From the NCBI GenBank assembly GCA_040751795.1, contig JBFMHR010000004.1:64001-128000 (forward strand): a stretch of 64,000 bases of DNA, in the 5' to 3' direction. The position numbers were made by a program, and so were the translations under genes. The notes under the pieces are model-generated. The model saw nothing but the letters and a program-made list of their open reading frames with translations, was not told where the DNA came from and did no database searches. Shown here one piece after another: positions 17,508 through 27,481 of the stretch. Source of the DNA: Thermoplasmatota archaeon (GTDB lineage: Archaea; Thermoplasmatota; Thermoplasmata; UBA10834). Every line of letters begins with the position of its first letter. Position 1 is the first letter of the stretch.

Positions 17508-18377
17508 TCACGCCCGACGGATCACCGGGACGGCGACCCTCAGGGCCCGGACCGTCTCAGCGACGTCGTGCACCCTCACGACGTCCGCGCCGTTCCGCAC
17601 CGCGAGGACCGCCGCGGCGAGGGACCCCTCGAGCCTCTCCCCCGGGGGGAGCCCCGTGAGCTTGCCGATGAACGCCTTCCTCGACACCCCGATGACGACC
17701 GGCTTCCCGAGGGACCTCAGCTCCCCGAGCCTCGCGATGATCTCCAGGTTGTGGTCGAGCGTCTTGCCGAAGCCGATCCCGGGGTCCACCATGATCCTGT
17801 CGGGCCGTATGCCCGCGTCCTCGGCCGCGCCAACGCGCTCCTGGAGGAACGACCGGACCTCGGAGACGACGTCCTTGTACCTCGGGCTGGCCTGCATGGT
17901 CCTGGGTTCGCCCTTCATGTGCATGACTATGACGGTCGCGTCGTGCTCGGCGACGACCTCGGCCATCCTCGGGTCCCTCAGGCCGGTGACGTCGTTCACG
18001 ATGGACGCGCCGGCGAAGAGGGCCCTCTCCGCCACCTCGGGCTTGTAGGTGTCGATGGAGACGCGCCCTGGCCTCCCCGCGCTGAGCGCCTCGACCACGC
18101 CGACCGTCCTCGAGAGCTCGACCTCGACGGGCACCGGCTCGGCCCCGGGCCTGGTGGACTCGCCGCCCACGTCCACGATGTCGGCGCCCGCGGAGAACAT
18201 GTCCAGCCCCCTCGATATGGCGCCCTCGGCGTCGCCGGCTATGCCGTCCCCGGAGAACGAGTCCGGGGTGATGTTGACGATGCCCATGACCCGCGGCACG
18301 TCGAACCTGAGCCTGCAGGTCCCGACCATCACGGAGGAAGGCCCGGGACGTCCCTTCGCGCGCTTCGAGGTCGCCAT
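17508..18377 (-). CDS. folP: Dihydropteroate synthase
   Basis: MGIVNITPDSFSGDG, DVGGESTRPG, SIDT, DPGIGFGK, GVSRK, RVHDV. Confidence 0.95.
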   Translation of the reverse strand: MATSKRAKGRPGPSSVMVGTCRLRFDVPRVMGIVNITPDSFSGDGIAGDAEGAISRGLDMFSAGADIVDVGGESTRPGAEPVPVEVELSRTVGVVEALSAGRPGRVSIDTYKPEVAERALFAGASIVNDVTGLRDPRMAEVVAEHDATVIVMHMKGEPRTMQASPRYKDVVSEVRSFLQERVGAAEDAGIRPDRIMVDPGIGFGKTLDHNLEIIARLGELRSLGKPVVIGVSRKAFIGKLTGLPPGERLEGSLAAAVLAVRNGADVVRVHDVAETVRALRVAVPVIRRA

Positions 18378-18387
18378 CGTCCCCATC

Positions 18388-19500
18388 TCACTGGATGAGG
18401 AGGTCATCGACGACCTCGGCTATGTCCCTTATCCCTATGTCCAGCCTGACCACCTCGTTGCCGTACCGCAGGTTGGTCACGCAGAATGGGCACGCGGTCA
18501 CGAGGATGTCGGCGACCTCGGACGCCGCCTTCACCCTCCTCGAGGCGATCCTCTGGGCCGCCCCGGGGTCCGCCGAGCGCACGCCGCCACCGCCGCCGCA
18601 GCACCTCGCCGAGTCCTTGCTCTCCTTCATCTCGACGTAGGTCGCCTCCGGGATCATCCTGAGGACCCCCCTGGGGGCGTCGTAGATCTTCAGGTGCCGG
18701 CCGATGTGGCACGGGTCGTGGTAGGTGATCCTCTTCTTCAACGGCCTCAGCTTCAGGTCCCTCTTGGCGAGGAACTCGACCAGGTGCTCGGTCTCGAATG
18801 GGACCTCGATGTGCTTAGGGTACTCCTCCCTGAACATCTTGAGGCAGCCAGCGCACGTGAAGATGAGCTTCTTGACGCCGAGCCTCTTCGCCGCCTCGAC
18901 GTTCGCGGCCATGAGCTTCTTCACGAGCTTCTCGTCCTGGCCGGTCCTCATCAGGGTGCTGCCGCAGCAGACCTCGTCGACGAGGGTGAAGTCCACGCCG
19001 AGCTTCCTGAGTATGGATATGGTGTGCCTGGCGACCTCGGGCATCCTGTAGCGGGCGGTGCACCCGACGAAGTACCCCACCTCGGCCCTCTTGACCTCCG
19101 CACCGAGGTCCACCTCCGCCTCCTCGCCGTAGGGGTTCTTGGTCTTCCTGATGTTCTTGACGATCCTCTTGTGCGCGGGCAGGGCGCGCCCGGCCTCGAC
19201 CAGGTCCGCCCTGGCCGCCTCGACGATGTTGACGACCTGGATGTTGGAGGGGCACCTCCTCTCGCAGTCCTTGCAGGTGGTGCACTGGTAGAGTCTCTCT
19301 ACCACGGAGTCGTCGGCGGGTATCTCCCCTCTGCTCAGCCCGTAGGCGAGGATGACCTTCCCCCTCGCGACGGACGGGTCCCACTGGTTGTCCTCGAAGT
19401 ACGGGCATACGCTCTTGCAGAAGCCGCAGAGGGTGCATGTGAGCATCTCCTTCTCGAGCTTCTTGGTCCGTTCGGCCTTGATGACCTTCCTTCGAGCCAT
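18388..19500 (-). CDS. Fe-S oxidoreductase, GlcF/HdrD-like (2x 4Fe-4S plus 2 CCG domains)
   Basis: CTLCGFCKSVCP, CTTCKDCERRCP, CCGS, YHDPCH, CCGGGGG, TACPFC. Confidence 0.88.
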   Translation of the reverse strand: MARRKVIKAERTKKLEKEMLTCTLCGFCKSVCPYFEDNQWDPSVARGKVILAYGLSRGEIPADDSVVERLYQCTTCKDCERRCPSNIQVVNIVEAARADLVEAGRALPAHKRIVKNIRKTKNPYGEEAEVDLGAEVKRAEVGYFVGCTARYRMPEVARHTISILRKLGVDFTLVDEVCCGSTLMRTGQDEKLVKKLMAANVEAAKRLGVKKLIFTCAGCLKMFREEYPKHIEVPFETEHLVEFLAKRDLKLRPLKKRITYHDPCHIGRHLKIYDAPRGVLRMIPEATYVEMKESKDSARCCGGGGGVRSADPGAAQRIASRRVKAASEVADILVTACPFCVTNLRYGNEVVRLDIGIRDIAEVVDDLLIQ

Positions 19501-19538
19501 GGGAACCGCCGGGTGCGCCGTTCAGTGATGCGCTGTGC

Positions 19539-20780
19539 TCACTGGACCTTCGGCACAGTAATCACAGCGTCCATAATAAAAGTCACCTTGGACTTGGGCC
19601 CCAGGTCGGCGAGCGCCCTGTCCACCGCCTCCTGGAGGCTCCCCACCGGCTCCATGTGCGCCTTCCTCGCGACCTCGGGGTCCAGCTTCGTGACGGCCAT
19701 CATCCTGCACTTCAGGCCGATCTCTGCCATCTTGGCGGCCTTGTGGTACCCCAGCTTGTAGGTGTGGGAGATCTTCTCGAGCGCGTCCTTGGGGGTGTTG
19801 GCGCTCGCGAGGAGGTTGAGGAACGTCTCGGGGCCGACCCCGGTCCTGCACGCGCTCACGAGGATGATGATGCCGCCGTCCCGGACGGCGTACTTCGCGT
19901 TGTCCAGGGCCTTCTGCGACTGGTAGAGGTCTATGTCGTACGGGAACGCGGTCACCGCGACCACGACGTCCGCCTTCCGCTTGAGCTTCATGACGAAGAC
20001 CTCGTCGGCCTTCTTCACCGCCGACCTCCACGACCTCGTCAGGTTGCCGGCCGCCGCATGGCATATGCGGTGGTGCTTGTCCAACACGACCATCACCGAG
20101 AATATGCGCTTGTCCCTGAGGGCCTTGGCCATGTCCTCCATGTCCTCGCTGACCGGGTTCCCCTTGAGCCTCAGGGCCTGCGCCTCCAGCCTCAGGGCGA
20201 GCTTGTGGTTCTGCTCGATCGTCTCGTAGGCCGAGACGCCCGGCAGGAAGGACTTCCTGCCGCCGGTGTAGCCGGCGAAGTAGTGCGGCTCGACGCTGCT
20301 GATCACGATGATCCGGTCCGCGTCCATGACCTTCCTGTTCACGAGGAGCCTCGTCCCGTTCCTCGAGGTCCCGATGAACGTGGTCTCGCTGGTCTTCGAG
20401 TCGTGGACGGTCACCCGGTCCTTCACCCTCTCGTAGACCGGGCCGAATATGAACCGGTACTCCTCCTCGGTCGGGGCGCGGTGCATCCCGGTGGCTATGA
20501 TGTAGCTGACGTCCTTGCCCTCGAGGACGGGCATCATCTGCTCCAGGACCCTCCCCGTCGGCGTGGGCCTCGTGCCGTCGTTGACCACAACGAGGACGTT
20601 CTTGGCCCGGCGGACGAACTCCTCCAGGGTCGACGGCCCAAGCGGGCTCCTGAACGCGCTCGTGAGGGTCTCACCCTCGTCCAGGGGGGGCAGGTCCTTC
20701 GGGTGCACGACCTCCCCGACATTCACGTCGGGAAGCTCGACCGCCTCCCTCCCATCCCCGTACTGGACCTCTATGCGCAT
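19539..20780 (-). CDS. larA: Nickel-pincer-dependent lactate racemase family protein
   Basis: NDGTRPTPT, ATGMHR, HDS, EPHYFAGYTGGRKSFLPG, DIDLYQSQKAL. Confidence 0.9.
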   Translation of the reverse strand: MRIEVQYGDGREAVELPDVNVGEVVHPKDLPPLDEGETLTSAFRSPLGPSTLEEFVRRAKNVLVVVNDGTRPTPTGRVLEQMMPVLEGKDVSYIIATGMHRAPTEEEYRFIFGPVYERVKDRVTVHDSKTSETTFIGTSRNGTRLLVNRKVMDADRIIVISSVEPHYFAGYTGGRKSFLPGVSAYETIEQNHKLALRLEAQALRLKGNPVSEDMEDMAKALRDKRIFSVMVVLDKHHRICHAAAGNLTRSWRSAVKKADEVFVMKLKRKADVVVAVTAFPYDIDLYQSQKALDNAKYAVRDGGIIILVSACRTGVGPETFLNLLASANTPKDALEKISHTYKLGYHKAAKMAEIGLKCRMMAVTKLDPEVARKAHMEPVGSLQEAVDRALADLGPKSKVTFIMDAVITVPKVQ

Positions 20781-20904
20781 GCGGAATACCGGGCTGGAAT
20801 AGGGGTTGGTCTATTAGTAGGTTGCCAAGGTGTGTCACGGCTTCGCAGGCCCCCCTCCAGGCCCCTTCAAAGGGTTAATTAGGTCGTATGAATCTCTAGC
20901 GCCC

Positions 20905-21882
20905 GTGAAGACCGTAGGTACTCTCGGCGAGCGGGGCGTCATACGCGTGATAGACGGCATCGTCAAGAGCGACGCCTCCGTCGGGATCGGCGACGACTGC
21001 GCGGCGATAGACCTCGGCGACAAGTACCTCCTCGTCACGACGGACATGATGGTCACCAAGACCCACATCCCCAAGGGGATGGGCCCCTACGACGTGGGGT
21101 GGGCGCTCGTCGCGGTCAACCTCAGCGACATAGCCGCCATGGGCGGGAAGCCGCTGGGGGTCGTCACGGCCATCGGCATCACCAAGGGCCACCCGATCGA
21201 GTTCCTCGAGCAGATGGTCGACGGCATGAACGACTGCGCCCTCAGGTTCGGGACATCCATCATCGGCGGCGACACCAAGGAGCACGAGGACCTGATCCTC
21301 TGCGGGACCGCCGTGGGCGAGGTCTCCAAGTCGGGGATCCTGCTGAGGAAGGGCGCGAGGGCGGGCGACCTGATAGCGGTGACGGGCGCGCTGGGCAAGG
21401 CCGGCTCGGGCTTCCTCTCGCTCAAGCGGGGCCTGAACCTGAAGGACGCCGAGGACAGGCTCAAGCGGCCGTTCCCGAGGGTCAAGGAGGGCATGGCCCT
21501 TTCGGCGTGCGGCTTCGTCACCTCCTGCATGGACATATCGGACGGCCTGTCCAGCTCCATATTCGAGTTCTCGAGGAACTCCGGCATGACGCACGAGATC
21601 GACTACGCCAAGGTGCCGAAGGCCCCCGAGGTGGACATGGTCTTCCACGACCTCGAGAGGCAGAAGGACCTGGTGCTGAACTTTGGGGACGACTTCGAGC
21701 TCCTCTTCACCGTGAAGCGGGAACACGAGCAGGACCTGCCGGCGCTCGCCGAGGGCATGGGATGCCCCATATCAGTGATAGGGAAGGTCACCAGCGGCGA
21801 GGAGAACATCCTGGTCGACAACGGCAAGCGGGAGAAGCTGGAGAACCTTGGCTATGAGCACTTCAGGGCTAGGAAGTACTGA
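20905..21882 (+). CDS. thiL: Thiamine-monophosphate kinase
   Basis: IGDDCAA, VTTD, VNLSDIAAMGGKP, IIGGDT, MDISDGL, GDDFELLFT, GYEHF. Confidence 0.93.
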   Translation: MKTVGTLGERGVIRVIDGIVKSDASVGIGDDCAAIDLGDKYLLVTTDMMVTKTHIPKGMGPYDVGWALVAVNLSDIAAMGGKPLGVVTAIGITKGHPIEFLEQMVDGMNDCALRFGTSIIGGDTKEHEDLILCGTAVGEVSKSGILLRKGARAGDLIAVTGALGKAGSGFLSLKRGLNLKDAEDRLKRPFPRVKEGMALSACGFVTSCMDISDGLSSSIFEFSRNSGMTHEIDYAKVPKAPEVDMVFHDLERQKDLVLNFGDDFELLFTVKREHEQDLPALAEGMGCPISVIGKVTSGEENILVDNGKREKLENLGYEHFRARKY

Positions 21883-22876
21883 GGCGCGGTTCTACACGCC
21901 CGAGGGCGGGAAGGTGAGGTGCGCGCTGTGCCCCCACTCGTGCCTGATCCCCGAGGGCAGGCGCGGGATATGCGGGGTGCGCGAGAACAGGGAGGGGAAG
22001 CTGTACTCCCTCATCTACGGCCTCGCCTCGTCCGTGCACCCGGACCCGATCGAGAAGAAGCCGCTCTTCCACTTCATGCCGGGGACGACCTCGATCTCCT
22101 TCGGCAGCGTCGGCTGCAACCTCTCGTGCCTGCACTGCCAGAACTCATCGATCTCCAGGGCTGGGCCGGACGCGCATGGCCTCACCCCGATTACCCCCGC
22201 GGACGTCGTCGAGTACGCGCGCTTCTCGAACGCTAGGTCGGTGTCATGGACGTACAACGAGCCCTCCATTTGGCACGAGTTCACGACGGTCGCGTCGAAG
22301 GCGGCCCACGACGCCGGGCTGAAAACGGTCTACGTCACCAACGGCTTCATCCAGGAGGAGCCGCTGAGGGAGCTGAAGGGCGTCATCGACGCGATGAACA
22401 TAGACGTGAAGGCGTTCAGGGAGGAGTTCTACAAGCGCGTTTGCGGGGGGCGCCTCGCCCCGGTCCTGAGGGCCTGCGAGCTCGCGAAGGGGCTCGGGAT
22501 GCACGTCGAGCTGACATACCTCATCATCCCGGGCCACAACGACGGGGAGGACGAGATCAGGGAGTTCTCCGAGTGGGTCGCGGGCTCCATGGGCGCAGGC
22601 GTGCCCGTGCACTTCTCCGCGTTCCACCCAGACTACAAGCTGACATCGGTCCCGGCTACGCCTGTGAGCACCCTGCTGAAGGCGTACGGTGTGGCGAGGA
22701 CGGCGGGGCTCGACTTCGTCTACATCGGGAACGTGCCGGTGGGGGACAAGGACGACACTGTCTGTCCCAAGTGCAGGTCGCTAGCCGTCGAACGCGACGG
22801 GTTCTACGTCAAGTACAATGGCCTGAAGGAAGGGAAGTGCGGCAGGTGCGGCGCGGACCTCGGCTTCGTGGTGTGA
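21854..22876 (+). CDS. AmmeMemoRadiSam-type radical SAM enzyme (PFL-activase-like)
   Basis: CALCPHSC, DPIEKKPLFHF, GCNLSCLHCQN, TYNEP, YVTNG, YIGNV. Confidence 0.9.
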   Translation: MSTSGLGSTEARFYTPEGGKVRCALCPHSCLIPEGRRGICGVRENREGKLYSLIYGLASSVHPDPIEKKPLFHFMPGTTSISFGSVGCNLSCLHCQNSSISRAGPDAHGLTPITPADVVEYARFSNARSVSWTYNEPSIWHEFTTVASKAAHDAGLKTVYVTNGFIQEEPLRELKGVIDAMNIDVKAFREEFYKRVCGGRLAPVLRACELAKGLGMHVELTYLIIPGHNDGEDEIREFSEWVAGSMGAGVPVHFSAFHPDYKLTSVPATPVSTLLKAYGVARTAGLDFVYIGNVPVGDKDDTVCPKCRSLAVERDGFYVKYNGLKEGKCGRCGADLGFVV

Positions 22877-22891
22877 GCCCCGGGGACCGCC

Positions 22892-23785
22892 TCAGAGCCC
22901 CATGACCAGGACGAGGAAGTTGCCGACCACCGCGGCGAAGGCCATGGCGATGGTCATCGGCACGATGAACGGTATCTTTGGGGTCACCCAGAGCCGCGTG
23001 TGGCCCACGGAGACGAGCCTGTCCACCTCCGCTCCGAGGTCCTCGTCCCTCCGGGGCCTCGTGTACCTCCGGTGGACCCCGTCCTCGACCCTCTCCATCA
23101 GCCACACCTTCCGGGCCTTGACGTCCTGGGCGTCCAGCCTGTACCCGAGTAGCGCGTAGGGCACCTCGAACTCGCCCGCGGCGAGGTTCCTGGCCGCGAA
23201 CGCCACAGGGGTGAACGCGACGATGACCGCTGCGGTGACGAGCACGACGAAGGAGAACGGGAACACTATCTCCGCGTAGGTGCCCTCCGCCGCGATGAGC
23301 GGGACGGGCCCGAGGTAAGGGTAGAACGGGAACATGACCGAGAGGGCCATGAGGGCCTTCGCGTCCGCGCCCCCCCTGATCATGTCGAGCATGTACATGA
23401 CCACGATGGCCATCATCATGACCGGAGCGGTCAGGAGGTGGGCGAAGTAGGTGTCGTCGGCCCACATGTACCCCAGGATGACGGTGGCCACGATGGCGGC
23501 CGCGTATGATGCGACGGGCAGCGCCCTCGCCCACCCGCCGGACTCCCCCGAGGGCCCGTAGACGTCCGCCAGGACCGCCAGCACGGGGACCAGGACGAGC
23601 AGGTACTCCAGCGGGGCCTCGTCGACGGCCACGCGGGCGGCCAGCAGGGCCATGGCCAGGGCGGACAGCACCATCCAGATGCCGTTGCCGACCTTCCTGG
23701 TCCTCCAGTCGAGGCCGGAGGCGTAGGAGAGGATGGCTAGGGTTACAGCGAGCTGAACCGCCGTCACGGCGTCCTGTGCATCCAC
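22892..23785 (-). CDS. Prepilin/prearchaellin peptidase (A24, FlaK/PibD-like)
   Basis: YAS.LDWRTR.V, GGADAKAL, WVTPKIPFIVP; multi-pass membrane protein. Confidence 0.88.
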   Translation of the reverse strand: MDAQDAVTAVQLAVTLAILSYASGLDWRTRKVGNGIWMVLSALAMALLAARVAVDEAPLEYLLVLVPVLAVLADVYGPSGESGGWARALPVASYAAAIVATVILGYMWADDTYFAHLLTAPVMMMAIVVMYMLDMIRGGADAKALMALSVMFPFYPYLGPVPLIAAEGTYAEIVFPFSFVVLVTAAVIVAFTPVAFAARNLAAGEFEVPYALLGYRLDAQDVKARKVWLMERVEDGVHRRYTRPRRDEDLGAEVDRLVSVGHTRLWVTPKIPFIVPMTIAMAFAAVVGNFLVLVMGL

Positions 23786-23832
23786 GCGACTGGATTAGGA
23801 TGACCGTACTTAATGCATTCGCGGACGGGCCG

Positions 23833-24837
23833 TCAGTCCGCTGGCTCCAGCCCGAGGCCGTCGGCGATCCGGACGGCCTCCTCGTACTCCGAGGTCCTCA
23901 GCCTCCGCGATATCTCAGGGAACTCCCGGGCCCGGTGCTCCGGCCTGTACTGGGCCATCACGTTGACCTTGACGTCCACGAGGTTCGACGCTATCCACTC
24001 CAGCGCAGGCCTCGTGCAGCACTCGACATGCCCAGGCAGGACGAGGTGCCTGATGATCATCTCCGCGTGGGCCCTCGCCTTCAGGTGGTTCCTGGTGACG
24101 ACCCGCATGTACTCCGGCACGCCGGAGAGCCTCATCGCGCAGGCGTCGTTGCCGTACTTGAAGTCGGTCAGGTAGACGTCCACGACCGGGTCGAGCAGCT
24201 CCATGGCCTCCTCCGAGAGGTACATGTTGGAGTTCCAGACCTGCGCGATGTCCGCATCGCACCCCTGGAGGGTCCGGAGTATGTACGGCAGGTTCGAGGT
24301 CGGGTCCCCGCCCACCCAGTTCACGTTCCTGGCAGCGGCCGTGCGCAGCCCCCGGGCGCGGCCGGCCCTCCCCTCGATCATCCGGGCCAGCTCGTCGGGG
24401 GGGATGCGGATACCTGAGCGCGGGCGCGTGCTGATCTCCCAGTTCTGGCAGTAGACGCAGTCGAAGGTGCAGCCTGCGAAGAACACGGTGTACGATGGCA
24501 CCAGGTCCGGTTCCTCGCCCATGTGGATGAACTCGCTCGTAACCCTCGCGTCCAGGACCTCGCAGTGTCCGGCCTGTCCCTCGCCCCTCCTCGCGCGGCA
24601 CCTCCTCTCGCAGAGGACGCACTCGGACTGCAGCCTCTCCGCGAGTTCGGCCTTGAGGCTCAGCAGGTCGGCGCCGTCGCCGTCACCTCCGCGCAACGCC
24701 CTCCGATGTGCGGCCCAGAGCTCGTCCGTGCTGGCAGAGAGGTCGGCGTCCGTGCGCCGTTCCCTGCAGGCGAGGTACCTGGCCCTCTCCTCGCCGGCAA
24801 GGACCCTGTAGTATCTCTCGAGAGCCCGCGAGCCCAT
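23833..24837 (-). CDS. PflX-like radical SAM protein
   Basis: CVLCERRC, HMGEEP, GCTFDCVYCQNWEIS, NVNWVGGDPT, WNSNMY, DFKYGND.CA, RHLVLPGH. Confidence 0.88.
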   Translation of the reverse strand: MGSRALERYYRVLAGEERARYLACRERRTDADLSASTDELWAAHRRALRGGDGDGADLLSLKAELAERLQSECVLCERRCRARRGEGQAGHCEVLDARVTSEFIHMGEEPDLVPSYTVFFAGCTFDCVYCQNWEISTRPRSGIRIPPDELARMIEGRAGRARGLRTAAARNVNWVGGDPTSNLPYILRTLQGCDADIAQVWNSNMYLSEEAMELLDPVVDVYLTDFKYGNDACAMRLSGVPEYMRVVTRNHLKARAHAEMIIRHLVLPGHVECCTRPALEWIASNLVDVKVNVMAQYRPEHRAREFPEISRRLRTSEYEEAVRIADGLGLEPAD

Positions 24838-24892
24838 GCCAGTACAGTTGACGGAATAGGGATTTAATACTTCCAGGCCCGTGCGAAGGGCG

Positions 24893-25852
24893 ATGCGGCC
24901 ATCCGGTCTCGACGACATCCCCGACCTGTGGAAGGCGACCTACGACCTCGTGGCCCAGGTGCCGATGGGCAGGGTGACGACGTACGGCGAAGTCGCGAGG
25001 GCGCTCGGCGACGTCGTGGCGAGCAGGTTCGTCGGGCTGGCGATGAGCATGAACGACGACATCGTCCGGGTCCCCTGCAGGAGGGTGGTGCAGTCGGACG
25101 GCCGGGTCGGCGGGTACACCGGCGGCGGGCCCCGCCGCAAGGCCGCCCTCCTGAGGAAGGAGGGCGTCAGGGTGGAGGGCGGCGTCGTGCTGGACCTGGC
25201 CGACCTGATGTTCACCGACTTCGTCTCCGACCAGCCCCTCAAGGGGCTGAGGCGCCGCCAGGCCAGGCTCAGGGGCCGCGTCGACGTGCCCTCGCGCGAT
25301 ATAGATGTCGGGTACGTGGCCGGGGTGGACGTCGCATACGGCGGCGAGCACTCGTACGCGGTCGCAGCCGTGTTCGACTGGGCGACGGGCGGGATGGTGC
25401 GCCACTCGGTCCAGGAGGGGGATGCGTCGTTCCCCTACGTCCCGACCTACCTTGCGTTCAGGGAGCTCCCTCTCGTCCGGCCACTGATCGAGGACCTCCC
25501 GGAGGGGACGGTCCTCATGTACGACGGCAACGGGCTCCTCCACCCGGAGGGCATGGGGATTGCCACCCATGCGGGCGTGGCCTTCGGGGTCCCGACGATA
25601 GGGGTCGCCAAGAGCTACCTGTGCGGCGAGCGCGGAAGGCGCCTCCGGGGAGGCGTCGTCCCGCTCTCCATGGGCGGGGAGGTGGTCGGCTACGAGCTCT
25701 CGGGAGGCGGGTCCGCCTGGCCCGTCTACGTCTCCGTGGGGAGCGGCATAGGCCCGGGCCAATCCCTCACGGTCGTCAGGCGGTTCATGCGGCACAGGGT
25801 CCCTGAGCCGACGAGGGCCGCCCACATCCTCGCGAACAGGGCCCGTGGGTGA
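24893..25852 (+). CDS. O6-alkylguanine alkyltransferase (AGT/MGMT) - endonuclease V fusion
   Basis: N-terminal VPMGRVTTYGEVA...VPCRRVV..G..GGY; C-terminal GVDVAY, PYVPTYLAFRE, DGNGLLHP..MGIATHAG, TIGVAKS, PEPTRAAH. Confidence 0.88.
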   Translation: MRPSGLDDIPDLWKATYDLVAQVPMGRVTTYGEVARALGDVVASRFVGLAMSMNDDIVRVPCRRVVQSDGRVGGYTGGGPRRKAALLRKEGVRVEGGVVLDLADLMFTDFVSDQPLKGLRRRQARLRGRVDVPSRDIDVGYVAGVDVAYGGEHSYAVAAVFDWATGGMVRHSVQEGDASFPYVPTYLAFRELPLVRPLIEDLPEGTVLMYDGNGLLHPEGMGIATHAGVAFGVPTIGVAKSYLCGERGRRLRGGVVPLSMGGEVVGYELSGGGSAWPVYVSVGSGIGPGQSLTVVRRFMRHRVPEPTRAAHILANRARG

Positions 25853-25891
25853 GCAAGCCACAAATAACCGCTAGGCCGTCAGCGTCACCTG

Positions 25892-26794
25892 ATGCGGATA
25901 GTGGTCTTCGGGGCAGGCTCCCTCGGCTGTGCCCTGGGCGGGCTCCTCGCGAAGAGGCACGAGGTCGTCCTGATCGGAAGGAAGGAGAACACGGACGCCG
26001 TCAGGGAGAACGGCCTGCGGCTCGAAGGCGAGGTCGAGGCCAGGGTCGGACTGGACGCACGCGAGACGGTCGACGGCCTGTCCCCGCCGGACCTCGTCGT
26101 CCTGACCACAAAGGCCTACCATACGAGGGACGCCGTCGATGTCCTCTCCGCGGCGCCATGGCCTGACGCGCGGGCCATCACGCTGCAGAACGGCCTCGGG
26201 AACCTCGAGGTCCTGCGCGGGTGGAAGGGGGCCAAGGCCTTCGGCGCGACGACGACCATGGGCGCGTCGCTCGTCTCGCCGGGGAACGTGAGGCTCTCGG
26301 GCCTGGGCAGGACGGTGGTCGGGGCCGACCTGGACGAGGACGGGGCCTGGGGGATAGCCGGGGCGTTCTCCGCATGCGGGCTGAAGGTGGATGTCAGGAG
26401 GGACATCGCGGGCGAGATATGGGCGAAGGCGGTTGTGAACTGCTGCATCAACCCGCTGACCGCGGTGCTCCGCGTGCCCAACGGTAAGCTGCTGGAGAGC
26501 GAGCCGGTGTCGCGCCTGATGTCCGACATATGCATTGAGTGCTCCGCCGTCGCTCTGGCCGCGGGCGTCGCCCTTCCCGAGGGAAGGATGATCGACCGGG
26601 TCAGGGCGGTGGCCGAGGACACCGCGGGCAACAGGTCCAGCATGCTCAGGGACGTCGAGCTGGGGAGGAGGACGGAGATAGCGCAGCTGAACGGCGCGGT
26701 CTGCAGGGTGGGCTCCGCCCACGGGATTCCGACGCCGCTGAACAGGGCCGTGGCGGCCATGGTGGAGGCGCTCGAGCCAGCCACCGTGCAATGA
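25892..26794 (+). CDS. panE: 2-dehydropantoate 2-reductase
   Basis: GAGSLG, TKAY, LQNGLG, WAKAVVNCCINPLTA, SSMLRDV..GRRTEI..LNG. Confidence 0.93.
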   Translation: MRIVVFGAGSLGCALGGLLAKRHEVVLIGRKENTDAVRENGLRLEGEVEARVGLDARETVDGLSPPDLVVLTTKAYHTRDAVDVLSAAPWPDARAITLQNGLGNLEVLRGWKGAKAFGATTTMGASLVSPGNVRLSGLGRTVVGADLDEDGAWGIAGAFSACGLKVDVRRDIAGEIWAKAVVNCCINPLTAVLRVPNGKLLESEPVSRLMSDICIECSAVALAAGVALPEGRMIDRVRAVAEDTAGNRSSMLRDVELGRRTEIAQLNGAVCRVGSAHGIPTPLNRAVAAMVEALEPATVQ

Positions 26795-26842
26795 GTAAAA
26801 AGGTTAATATCGTAACATGATGCTCTTCAGGGCCGTGATAAG

Positions 26843-27481
26843 ATGGTAGATGTGAAGGAGCTGGCAGCCAACGCCAAGGTCCTCAGGAAGAAGGGCCTGA
26901 GCGTCCGCGAGATAGCCGACGAGTTGCACCTCTCGATCGACACGGTCAACTACCTGATAGAGTACGGTGCGGAGGGCCTGCCCCCATCGGACGTGAAGAT
27001 CGGCTGGCGGTCGATCGGCGTCTCAGGGTACCGCATAGGGCTGATGTCCGAGCTCATGGCCGACATGGCGCTCGAGGAGCTCTCGAAGAAGGAGCAGCTC
27101 GCCGACGTCGTCATGGGGATATCCATAAACGGGGTCCCGTTCGCGTGCAAGATATCGGAGCTCATGGGCATCGACTTCGGCGTCTACAGACCTCACTCGG
27201 AGTCCGAGACGGGCGGGGCGTTCAGCTCCAACTTCGCCTCCACCGGCGACAAGAAGAAGATCATAATCGTTGACGACGTGCTCAGCACGGGCGCGACGAT
27301 CAAGGGCGCCATCCACGACATACGGGAGGCGGGCGGCGAACCGGTCCTGGTGCTCGTGATAGTCAACAAGAGCAGCATGAACGAGGTCGACGGCGTCCCG
27401 CTGAGGGGCCTGATTAGGGCCCGGTCGCTGGGCGGGACGATACTGGGCGGCGCCGTCAAGAAGGGCTTCCCGTACGACTAG
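26843..27481 (+). CDS. Orotate phosphoribosyltransferase-like regulator (GfcR-like; HTH plus PRTase)
   Basis: N-terminal GLS..EIADELHLS.DTV HTH, D..I.WRSIG, SSNFA, IIVDDVLSTGAT. Confidence 0.82.
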   Translation: MVDVKELAANAKVLRKKGLSVREIADELHLSIDTVNYLIEYGAEGLPPSDVKIGWRSIGVSGYRIGLMSELMADMALEELSKKEQLADVVMGISINGVPFACKISELMGIDFGVYRPHSESETGGAFSSNFASTGDKKKIIIVDDVLSTGATIKGAIHDIREAGGEPVLVLVIVNKSSMNEVDGVPLRGLIRARSLGGTILGGAVKKGFPYD

